Positions 34,038 through 42,814 of a stretch of DNA of 64,000 nt are shown piece by piece. This DNA is from Acidimicrobiia bacterium (GTDB lineage: Bacteria > Actinomycetota > Acidimicrobiia > IMCC26256 > DASPTH01), in contig JBBDHW010000060.1 in assembly GCA_040880805.1 (NCBI GenBank), positions 655 to 64,654 of the forward strand. Direction: 5' to 3'. The number at the start of each line of letters is the position of its first letter. Positions within the stretch are counted from its first letter, which is position 1. Under the pieces are notes generated by a model. It was not told the origin of the DNA. It saw nothing but the letters and a program-made list of their open reading frames with translations, and did not search any database. Position numbers and translations under genes: made by a program.

Positions 34038-35840
34038 TCACGATGTCGCGCGGGCGTTGGGCGAGGTCTTCGCGACGAAGCCCGACTGGCTCGGTGTGCC
34101 GGCGGTCGGCTCGGTCGCGCCCGTCGACGGACACTGTCCCTGCGCGCACGGCGAGGCGGCCGTCGGGAGGGTTGCGCCAGCCGGGATCCCGTCGAGTGCG
34201 TGGGTCGAGTTGGACTTGTCGAACCAGAGCAGGTTCTTCGGCCAGCGCCCGCTGCTGTAGCGACGGCCCTCGTCGATGTACCACGAAACGTGGGGGACCT
34301 CGGTGTTGCTCCCGAGCGACATGCCGCTCGTGTGGGGATCCATCCACATCGGCGCGAAGTCGGCCGGGCCCGGGCTGTATGCCGCATACGGCAGCCCGGT
34401 GGTGTGGCCGTATCCCGTGAGGGTGACGAGTGGGCTGCGGGTCGGGTTCGGGGTCGGTGGCGCAGCGAAGAGCCCCTGCTTGAAGGTGCTCGGGATCAGG
34501 TTCGGCCCGGCGTTGTGGATGCCGTTGAGGAACCAGTCGATACCGCCGGGCACCGCGCCGCTCGTGGTTCCGCGATTGGTGCCGAAGAACCAGTTGAAGG
34601 CACCCCTCGTGGCGACGATGTTGTCAACTTCGTCCGGTAGGTCGAAGTACGGGGGGATGAGGGAGACCCCGAAGGTGTGCTCGGCCTGATCGTCGGGGTA
34701 GCCCTGGGCGAGAATCGGGAGGTCGAAGTACCCCGCGCCCGTGACGAACCACTCCGGGAACCACTCCTGCGCGGTGGCCTGCTCCATCAGGGTCCTGGTC
34801 ATGGCCACGTCGGCGAAGAGCACCACCGTCGTGACGCCCGCGTCCTTCATCCGGGTGGCCATCACCGGCGCCTGCTCCTGCGCGATCGTCGCGTCGCCCA
34901 AGGCCCCACCCGAGCCGACATAGGTGTTCGTAGTCGCGAACGTTCCCCCGTACTTGCCGACGGCCTTCTTGAAGCGGGACTCGTCGATGACGTCCTTGAT
35001 CTCGACGAGACCGAACTTGCGGGGCTTGCCTTTCACGTCGCCGCCGGCGTACTGGGCCTTCTTGCCCACCAGGTTCTTGCCGATCACCTCGGCCGAGCTC
35101 GCGGCGGCTGCGTCCGTGTCGTTGCCGCCCCACCGGTACGGGGCCTGGGCGGCCGACTCCTCCGGCGACGCTGCGTAGCTCTCGACGAGCACCTTGGCCT
35201 GCGCCATGCTGGCCACCAACGTGTCCAGGCCAAAGCTGTCGAAGTTGATCACCGCGAACGGCTTCTCGGCCAGGATCGCCACCGCGTCGGCACGTTGGGC
35301 CGTCTCGTCGGTGCCCGTCGACTCGTAGAGGGTCACGTCGATGTCGCGGCCCCACGTCTCGTAGAACGGCAGCCTCGCGACGAGGTAGTCGTGCACCGCG
35401 TCCGCCCACGTGCCCGTCGAGCCGTCGGCCAGGTTCTTCAGCTGCGCGGCGGCCGCCTGCGACGCGCCCCGCGACGGGCTGGGCAGGACTGCCACCAGCT
35501 TGATCGAGGTCGCGGTCACGCCTTTGTACGTCGCGCCGCCGTTGTCGTCGCCCTTCTTGAACGGCCGCACGCAAAGCGGGCCGCCACCGACGCTCGACGA
35601 GTCCCACTTGCCGTACACGCCGTACTGCGCACCCGTTCGGCACCGCGGGTCGTCCATCGCCGCCTGGGTGCCGATCCCTGTGCCCGGTACGGGCTTGGCT
35701 GCGCCGGCAGGCGGCTTCACGACGACCGCGGTGCTCGCCGCGTCACCGTGCCCCGCGCCGACAACTGTGAACGCGGACACCGCGACGGCGATCACAACCA
35801 CCGACTTCACCACGCGCCCACAACGCTTCTGAGTTCTCAT
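34038..35840 (-). CDS. Large secreted solute-binding protein (type I periplasmic-binding fold, Leu/Ile/Val-binding-like), paralogue of 42815..44491.
   Basis: The N-terminal signal peptide is VVVIAVAVSAFTVVGAG. The sequence GGATYKGVTATSIKLV resembles ABC-type branched-chain amino-acid-binding proteins. The Cys-containing tail reads SPCAQGQCPS. Confidence 0.65.
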   Translation of the reverse strand: MRTQKRCGRVVKSVVVIAVAVSAFTVVGAGHGDAASTAVVVKPPAGAAKPVPGTGIGTQAAMDDPRCRTGAQYGVYGKWDSSSVGGGPLCVRPFKKGDDNGGATYKGVTATSIKLVAVLPSPSRGASQAAAAQLKNLADGSTGTWADAVHDYLVARLPFYETWGRDIDVTLYESTGTDETAQRADAVAILAEKPFAVINFDSFGLDTLVASMAQAKVLVESYAASPEESAAQAPYRWGGNDTDAAAASSAEVIGKNLVGKKAQYAGGDVKGKPRKFGLVEIKDVIDESRFKKAVGKYGGTFATTNTYVGSGGALGDATIAQEQAPVMATRMKDAGVTTVVLFADVAMTRTLMEQATAQEWFPEWFVTGAGYFDLPILAQGYPDDQAEHTFGVSLIPPYFDLPDEVDNIVATRGAFNWFFGTNRGTTSGAVPGGIDWFLNGIHNAGPNLIPSTFKQGLFAAPPTPNPTRSPLVTLTGYGHTTGLPYAAYSPGPADFAPMWMDPHTSGMSLGSNTEVPHVSWYIDEGRRYSSGRWPKNLLWFDKSNSTHALDGIPAGATLPTAASPCAQGQCPSTGATEPTAGTPSQSGFVAKTSPNARATS

Positions 35841-36013
35841 CGTCCCCCCTCAGCTCTCGACGATGACCTTCGCGCTCGCCGCTGTCACCCTGTGTGCACG
35901 CGCATTCTGGCACGACTCCTCCGAGTCCGACCGTCGGTGTGCCGACCGTTCCCGGTAGGGTGCGGCCGCTCCCGTCGGGGTGCTTCGGGTTGGTGGACGA
36001 TGGGAGGACGCCC

Positions 36014-36619
36014 ATGAAGGTCGACGTCCAGCTCTCGCAGTCGGTGATCGGCGCCGCGAAGCGCGCACAGGAGCTGGAGGCGCTCGGCGTCGACGGCGTG
36101 TTCACGTTGACGGGCGTTGATGACGAACGTCGCCGTCGCCTTCCCGCGCAGCGCGATGCACCTCGCCAACGCTGCGTACGACCTGCAGTTGCCTTCACAG
36201 GGCGGGTTCCGCCTCGGCCTCGGCAGTCAGGTCAAGGCCCACGTGGAGAAGCGCTTCGGCGCGCGCTGGGGCAAGCCCGTCGCCCACATGCGAGAGTGGA
36301 CGGGCAGAACCCGGGACTGTTCTCCAAGAACCCCGTCGACCAGTTCCACGACAACTGCTGGGTCGCGCCCTTCGTGGAGGACAGCGTGCCCGAGCTGGCG
36401 ACGCACATCCCGGTCGAGCGCATCCTGTTCGGCTCCGACTGGCCGCACGCCGAGGGAATGGCGCACTCACGCGATTTCTTCAAGAACGTGGAGGAGTTCT
36501 CGATCGACGACCGACGCAAGATCATGGTGGAGAACGCGCGCGCGCTCACGCTGCACTCGCGCGGGCACGAACCTTTAGGCTCGCCGAATGCGTGCTGCCG
36601 TGCTGAACGACGACCATGA
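36014..36619 (+). pseudogene. Chimeric remnant: the 5' part of an LLM-class (F420/flavin) oxidoreductase fused to the 3' end of an amidohydrolase_2 gene.
   Basis: Frame a (36014 onward) reads MKVDVQLSQSVIGAAKRAQELEALGVDGVF. Frame b reads NVAVAFPRSAMHLANAAYDLQ..GGFRLGLGSQVKAHVEKRFGARWGKPVAHMREW; both are LLM-like. From about 36300 frame a reads NPVDQFHDNCWVAPF...RILFGSDWPHAEG...IMVENARALT, which is an amidohydrolase_2 C-terminus. Confidence 0.7.
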
Positions 36620-37553
36620 GCTCGTGGTCGCCGACGTCGCCGATCCGTCGCCGGGACCGGGCGAGCTCGTGCTCGAGGTGACCGCCTGCGGGATCTGCGG
36701 CTCCGACCTCAAGCTCCGCCCCTCGATGCCCGCCGGCCTCGTGATGGGCCACGAGTTCTGTGGCGTGATCGCCGCCGCGGGCAGCCACACCGATCCGGCG
36801 TGGCGCGTGGGTCGACACGTGACGGCACTCCCGATCTTCGGATGCGGCAACTGCCTGGCCTGCCTCGCCGGAGAACCGGCTCACTGCGAGCTCGGGGGGA
36901 GTCCGGGCGGGTTTGCCGAGTACGTGCGGGTACACCAGCGCGAGACGGTCGGACTCCCCGAGTCGATCGATCCGGCGCTCGGCGCGCTGGTCGAGCCGCT
37001 GGCGGTCGGGCTGCACGCGGTCGAGCGCGCCCAGATCCGATCGGGCGACACGGTGCTCGTCGTCGGTGCGGGACCGGTCGGGCTGTCGGTGCTCGCGTGG
37101 GCCGCCCGGAGCGGTGCCCGCGAGCTCGTAGTGTCCGATCCCTCGGCCCCGCGCCGTGAGGCCGCGGAGCAGTTCGGTGCCACCCGCACCGTCGACCCCG
37201 AGGCCGAGCCGCTCGAGCCGCGGTACGACGTCGTCATCGAGTGCGTCGGTCTTCCCGGCATGACCGACAGCTGCGTGCGCGCGTCCACACACCACGGCCA
37301 CGTTGTCATGGTCGGCGTGTGCACCAAACCCGATCCGTACGTGCCCATGGCGGCGCTGATCAAGGAACTCGCGATGGACTTCGTCGTGTACTACACGCGG
37401 CGCGAGTTCTTCTCGGTCGTCGACGCGCTCGGCCAGGGCGCGATCGACGCGGCGCCGTTCGTGACCCGGCGCGTCGGGCTCGAAGACGCCAACGACGCGT
37501 TCGCCGAGCTCATCGCGGCCAAGGACCAACGCAAGATCCTCGTCCTGCCGTAG
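36588..37553 (+). CDS. Zn-dependent alcohol dehydrogenase / MDR oxidoreductase.
   Basis: Motifs are ACGICGSDLK, GHEFCGVI, GCGNCLACL and VVGAGPVG. Confidence 0.88.
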   Translation: MRAAVLNDDHELVVADVADPSPGPGELVLEVTACGICGSDLKLRPSMPAGLVMGHEFCGVIAAAGSHTDPAWRVGRHVTALPIFGCGNCLACLAGEPAHCELGGSPGGFAEYVRVHQRETVGLPESIDPALGALVEPLAVGLHAVERAQIRSGDTVLVVGAGPVGLSVLAWAARSGARELVVSDPSAPRREAAEQFGATRTVDPEAEPLEPRYDVVIECVGLPGMTDSCVRASTHHGHVVMVGVCTKPDPYVPMAALIKELAMDFVVYYTRREFFSVVDALGQGAIDAAPFVTRRVGLEDANDAFAELIAAKDQRKILVLP

Positions 37554-37572
37554 GCCCTGAGACCCCGCTCGC

Positions 37573-40015
37573 TCAGTACGGGTTGCCGTCGGGGTCGAGG
37601 TAGTCCTCGGTCGCGACTCGCTCGGACACGAGGCGGTCGTACTCGCCGTCGTCGAGGCCGAGAATTTCCTTGAACACGTACTCGTTGTCTTCGCCCAGCG
37701 TCGGCGCGCCACGTTCCCACGCCAACGGGACGCCGCGGAACGCGTGACCCAGGTGGTTGAACGTGCCGACATCCGCGCTGGTGAGTGGCCGGATCCACCC
37801 ACGGTCGGCGATCTGGCGATCGGACGTGAGCATGGCGTCGTCGGCACACGGCGCGGCCGCGACGCCCGCCTCCTGCAGCGCGTGGAAGGCGGCCTCGGCC
37901 GTCACCGTTTCCGTCCACGCGCCGATGGCGTTGTCGAGCTCGTCGTGCGCGGCCTGGCGCCCCACGACGTCGGCGAGGCGCTCGTCCTTCGCGAGGTCGG
38001 CGCGCCGGAGCACGCCGGTGAGACCGCGCCACGCATCGTCGTCGGTGACGGTGAGCGCGAGCCAACGGCCGTCGGCGCAGAGGTACACGCCCTGCGGCGC
38101 GCGGTGCGGGTCGCGGTTGCCGAAGCGTTGTGGCGTCACGCCGAGCTGCAGGTTCACGAACACGTCGCCGAGCTCGGTCAACACGTTCTCGCTCTGCGCG
38201 AGCTCGATCACCTGACCGCGCCCGGTCGAGGCGCGGTAGTGCAGGGCCGCAAGCGTCGCAAACGCACCCGCGGGACCCGTGACGCTGTCCATGTGCTGGG
38301 TGGACGGTGACTCCATGAGCGATGTGCCGCGGTGCCCGAGGAGGGCGGCCAGCCCGGTCAGACCGTCGAACTGGCCGCCGAAGCCGGTGTAATGGGCCCA
38401 GTCACCGGAGAGGCCGGCCGGCGGGAGCCGCAGGATGATCATGCGCGGGTTCGCCTGCAACAGTTCGGTCTCGTGAATGCCCATCTGGTGCAGCGTCGTC
38501 GACTTGAGATTCTCGACGAACACATCGCTCTTCTCGACGAGTCGCATGAACAGCGCGCGCTGTTCGGGAAAGCGCACGTCGAGTGTGCACGACCGCTTGC
38601 CGCGCGAGACCGAGTTGTTCATGGCGTGTCGGTTCCACGGCCGATCCTCACGGCCGGGTGCGAGCGGTCCGTACAACCGAGCGAGCGCGCCCAGCGCCAT
38701 GTTCGGCGCCGGGCGGGGGACGTAGCCCTTGGTGGTGGGCGGGAACACATTGGGGCTCTCCACGCGGATCACCTCCGCGCCGAGGTCGCCGAGGAGCGCG
38801 GTGAGGTACGGGCCCGACCACACGGTGGTGAGGTCGAGCACGCGCATGCCGAGAAGCGGTGGCACCGACGGGTCGCGCGCCGCGACCGGCGGCGTCGGCG
38901 ATTGGACGTCGCCACCGTTTGCGGCCGGTGCGTCGAACTGTCCGAGACGCGGTGCAGTGCGCCGCAGCGCCCAACCCCCTTCTGTGAGCCGGTACGGCGC
39001 TCCGGGAAGGAGCACCGGGCCGACCTCCTGGTCGACGGCGTGCACCCAGAACCCTCGAATGCGAGAATCGGCGCTAACAGCTCGGCGGGCTCGTTGACCG
39101 GTGTGACCGGCCATCCCGCCTCCTGCGCCGCGGCCGTGACTTCCTCGCGCGTGCGTTCGAGAAGCCATGGGTAGAGGACACCGTCGAGGATTTCTTTCGT
39201 CTCTGGTCGCACGAAGGCGTCGGGCCGCGCGAACGCGTCGCGCAGCTCGTCGCTGCCGAGCGCGGTGATCATCTCGCCGAGCTGCTGGGTCGTCATCATC
39301 ATCGCCACGTAGCCGTCGGCGCAGGGGAACACGCCGAGCGGCAACAGCGTGTCGCTGCTGCTCGGCGCGATCAGGAGCGACGCGACGCGGCCCTGGTACT
39401 CCCACCCGAGATAGCGCGAGATCCGGTACGGAGCGGACGCGAGCGCCTCGACGGCCGAACAGTCCACGAGCGCGCCGACGCCGGTCGCACGCGCGCGGAG
39501 CACGCTCGCGAGCGCGCCGAGCGCGGCGGTGTGACCGACCGCGGTCTCGCCGAGCGACATCGGCAGCTTGAGCGGGCCGCGCCGGTCGAGACGATCGCAC
39601 CGCTGAGGGCCTGTGCGACGAGGTCGCTCCATGCGTAGTCGGCATACGGGCCGGTGGATCCAAAGCCCGTGATGGCGACGACCGTGAGCGTGCGCCGACG
39701 TGCGAGCAACTCGTCGCGGTCGATGCTCCAGTCGGCGAGGGATCGGACGCCGGGCGCGTCGATCACGACGTCGACGCCGTCGAGCAGCGTCGAGAGCGAC
39801 GCCGCCGAGTTGCTTGATGCCACCTCGACGACCGCGCTCCGCTTGTTCGTGTGCAGGTGCGTGAACATGCCCGCATCCGCGCGGAGGGGGTCACCGTCGG
39901 GCGGCTCCACCTTGACCACGTCGGCCCCGAGGTCGGCGAAGACCTTGCCGCACCATCCTGCTGCAACTCCGGTTCCGAGCTCGACGACCCGCAGATCGCT
40001 CAGTGCCTGGCGCAC
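37573..40015 (-). pseudogene. Tandem-domain family III CoA-transferase disrupted by two frameshifts.
   Basis: Three consecutive frames carry one continuous CoA-transferase-like sequence. 40015-39581 reads DLRVVELGTGVAAGWCGKVFADLGADVVKVE...AQALSGAIVSTG. About 39578-39072 reads GPLKLPMSLGETAVGH...VNEPAELLA. From about 39070 to 37573 it reads DSRIRGFWVH...GMRVLDLTTVWSGPYLTALLGDLGAEVIRVE.... The architecture matches the intact gene 56035..58326. Confidence 0.7.
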
Positions 40016-40031
40016 GAAGTCCCGTCCGCGT

Positions 40032-41291
40032 TCACGCCGCCTCGCCGAACACCACCGGGATGCCGTTCGGCCCGCGGTGTTCGAGGCCGATGATCCGGAC
40101 CGGCGGCGCGGCGGGATCGATCCGCAGGTTGGGCAGCCGGTCGAGCACTGCGTTCATGGCCACGAACATCTCGGCGCGCGCGACGTGCATGCCCAGGCAC
40201 ACGTGCGGACCACCGGCGAAGCCGAGGTTCGGCTTCGGGGCCCGGTATGGATCGAAGCGATCGGGCTCGTCCCAACGGTCCGGGTCGCGGTTCGCGGCTC
40301 CGAGGACCATCTCGACCACCGCTCCCGCGGGGATCTCGACCCCGCACAGCTCGACGTCGTCGACGACGAGCCGGCGGAAGATCGGGTCCGTCGGCTCCCA
40401 GCGCATGACTTCGTCGATGGCGCGCCGCAGCAGCTCGCGATCCTCGCGGACGGCGTCGAGCAACAGCGCGTCGTGCAACAGGGCCACGAGCAGGATGCCG
40501 AGCTGGCGCCAGGTCGTGCCCGAGCCGGCAGTGAGGATCAGGCGAGCGAAACCGTAGATCTCGTCGTTCGTGAGGAGGTGACGCTCGCCGTCTTCCTCGA
40601 GCTCACTCTCGACGAGCAGCGTGATCACGTCGTCCTGGGGATCGGCGCGGCGCGCCTCGATGATGCGTCGCAGCATGGCCGTCGTCCGCTCGTGGGTGGC
40701 CATGAGCGACTCGACATCCCGAGCCATTCCTTCGCCGGCACCTTGACGGAAGTCGAGCGCCTCCTCGCGCGTGAGGCCGAAGCTCGACGTGATCGTCTGT
40801 AAGGGGATCCGCGCGCAGAGCTCGGCATTCAGCTCCGCGTGCCCTCGTGTCTCGAAGGCCGACACGGCCTCGTCGACGAGCGATGCGATCCACTGGTCGA
40901 TCCACCACTGCGACCGCTTCGGCGAGAACGCCGGCTGCACGAGTGCCCGGTTGCGGCGGTGCTCGTCTCCGACCATCTCGAGGATGCTGCGGCCGAACAT
41001 CTGCGTCGTGAGCCCCGCGTAGAACGTCGAGGAGAACACTTCGTTCTGGCGCAGGGCGATGTCGTTGGCTTCGAACGACAGCGCCGAGAAGACGGGTGCC
41101 TCCGGCCGGAGGTTCAGTCCACCCGGGCCGAAGCCGAGGAGGTCGCGCACGGAGCCCTCGTGCACCGGTGCCTGCGCGCGGAGTTCGGCAAGGGCCGGAT
41201 ACGGATCCTCCACGAGGACCCCGCCGTCGACGGCCATGACGTGCTTCTCGACGTCGTACAGCTCTTTGAACCGATCGGCCTCTGTCTGCAT
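40032..41291 (-). CDS. Cytochrome P450 (paralogue pair B with 51371..52714).
   Basis: The haem loop is FAGGPHVCLGMHVARAE, with GSGTT and EVMRWEP. The C-terminus RLPNLRIDP is shared with the paralogue. Confidence 0.9.
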   Translation of the reverse strand: MQTEADRFKELYDVEKHVMAVDGGVLVEDPYPALAELRAQAPVHEGSVRDLLGFGPGGLNLRPEAPVFSALSFEANDIALRQNEVFSSTFYAGLTTQMFGRSILEMVGDEHRRNRALVQPAFSPKRSQWWIDQWIASLVDEAVSAFETRGHAELNAELCARIPLQTITSSFGLTREEALDFRQGAGEGMARDVESLMATHERTTAMLRRIIEARRADPQDDVITLLVESELEEDGERHLLTNDEIYGFARLILTAGSGTTWRQLGILLVALLHDALLLDAVREDRELLRRAIDEVMRWEPTDPIFRRLVVDDVELCGVEIPAGAVVEMVLGAANRDPDRWDEPDRFDPYRAPKPNLGFAGGPHVCLGMHVARAEMFVAMNAVLDRLPNLRIDPAAPPVRIIGLEHRGPNGIPVVFGEAA

Positions 41292-41374
41292 CGTTCCCCC
41301 AAGAACGCGAGTCTCGCTCTTGCAGACGCTAGCTCTGTCCTCACCGGCGCGCGAACTAGAGTCCTTCGACTCCC

Positions 41375-41598
41375 ATGAGCCCGCCCGAGCCTGGCTACAC
41401 GCCGCCCGACATCTCCCTCCTCGGAGACGAGCACGTCCGCCGCTACGAGGAGACGAACGGCGAGGTCGGCCACGAGTGGAACGGCGCCACGTGCCTGGTG
41501 CTCACCGCCGTCGGGCGCAAGACCGGGCAACCGCGGAAGTTCGCGCTGAGACGCGCACGACGCGTGAGATCCCCGTGGTCGTCCTCGAACCCCAGTAG
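41375..41598 (+). pseudogene. Deazaflavin (F420H2)-dependent nitroreductase/DDN-family gene with a large internal deletion.
   Basis: The N-terminus GDEHVRRYEETNGEVGHEWNGATCLVLTAVGRKTGQPRK matches the DDN family. After about 41545 the frame is lost. The last codons in another frame (TREIPVVVLEPQ*, ending 41598) match the family's C-terminus, so the roughly 90 central residues appear to be missing. Confidence 0.6.
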
Positions 41599-41619
41599 TG
41601 CGCAGCCGATGCCGCGCGC

Positions 41620-42813
41620 TCAGGTGGTGAGGAGCATGCACGTGGCGTACGGTCCGCCGCCCGTCGACACCACGGTCACCTCGTGTTCTGGCACCTGGCG
41701 AGGACCGGCTTCTCCGCGCAACTGCGTGCACGCCTCGTGCAGTACCCAGTGGCCGTGCATGCGCCCCGCCGAGAGCTGCCCGCCGTAGGTGTTCAGCGGG
41801 AGCTCCCCGTCGAGGCCGATCCGTTGGCCGCCCTCGACGTACGCGCCCGACTCGCCCTCGCCGCAGATCCCGAGGGCCTCGAGCCACACGAGCGTGAGGA
41901 ACGAGAAGCCGTCGTAGAGCTCGGCGAAGTCGAGGTCGCGTGGCCCGAGCTCGGCGCGACTCCACAGCTCTCTTGCCGCGTCCGCCGATGCCATCCGTGG
42001 GTAGTCCGGCCGCCGCAGCCAGCCACCGACAGGGTCCGACACGCGCGCGGCAGCGTGCACGCGGACCGCCGGCTTCGGGCGGTCGGGCGCAGTGTCGGCG
42101 GCCGAGACGACGAACGCGCACGCGGCGTCGACCGGGACGTCGCAGTCGTAGAGCCCGAGCGGATCGCTGATCATGCGCGCCGCGAGGTAGTCGTCGATGG
42201 TGAGTGGCGCGCGGTAGATCGCGCGCGGGTTCAGCGCCGCGTGCCGTCTCGCGTTGACCGCGACCCAGCCCATCTGCTCGCGCGTCGTGCCGTAGCGGTG
42301 CATGTGGCGCTGCGCGTGCATGCCGATCCAGTTGGTGGCCGAGTAGGCGTTCGCCGCGAGCAGCTCGCCGAGGTCGTCCATCATGCGGGGGCCGTCGCGG
42401 CCTTCGTCGCGCGTCGCCGTCCCGGCGCTCGGCACATCGCTCCCCATCACGCTGCCGCCGAGCATCGCGACCGAGCGGTACACGAGCACGTGCCGCGCCG
42501 CGCCCGACGCCGCGGCGCGGCATGCGTTGTGGACGCCGGCCATCGAACCGCCGACGGAGGATCCTCCTTCGCCGGTCCACGTCGGCTGGAGGCCCAGCGC
42601 GGGGATCGCCTCGGCGAGTGGCGTCTCGCCGACCGTCGTGACGCCGTCGATGTCGTCCGGCGTCAGGCCCGCGTCCGCGATCGCCTCACGGGCGGCCTCC
42701 ACCGTGAGCTCCAGTCCCGAGCGACCGGTCCTGCGGCCGACCCGTGAGATGCCGATGCCCGAGACGATGCACCGGTGCTCCCAGTGATCGTCTGTGCCGC
42801 GCGCCGTGGTCAC
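41620..42813 (-). CDS. Thiolase-fold protein of the SCP-x / lipid-transfer (Ltp) type.
   Basis: The protein is about 397 aa and carries IVSGIGISRVGRRTGRSGLEL..EAAREAIADAGL.PDDIDGV and a C-terminal GGQLS.GR.HG. The GTG start lies 1 nt after the stop of the upstream gene. Confidence 0.75.
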   Translation of the reverse strand: MTTARGTDDHWEHRCIVSGIGISRVGRRTGRSGLELTVEAAREAIADAGLTPDDIDGVTTVGETPLAEAIPALGLQPTWTGEGGSSVGGSMAGVHNACRAAASGAARHVLVYRSVAMLGGSVMGSDVPSAGTATRDEGRDGPRMMDDLGELLAANAYSATNWIGMHAQRHMHRYGTTREQMGWVAVNARRHAALNPRAIYRAPLTIDDYLAARMISDPLGLYDCDVPVDAACAFVVSAADTAPDRPKPAVRVHAAARVSDPVGGWLRRPDYPRMASADAARELWSRAELGPRDLDFAELYDGFSFLTLVWLEALGICGEGESGAYVEGGQRIGLDGELPLNTYGGQLSAGRMHGHWVLHEACTQLRGEAGPRQVPEHEVTVVSTGGGPYATCMLLTT

Positions 42814-42814
42814 G

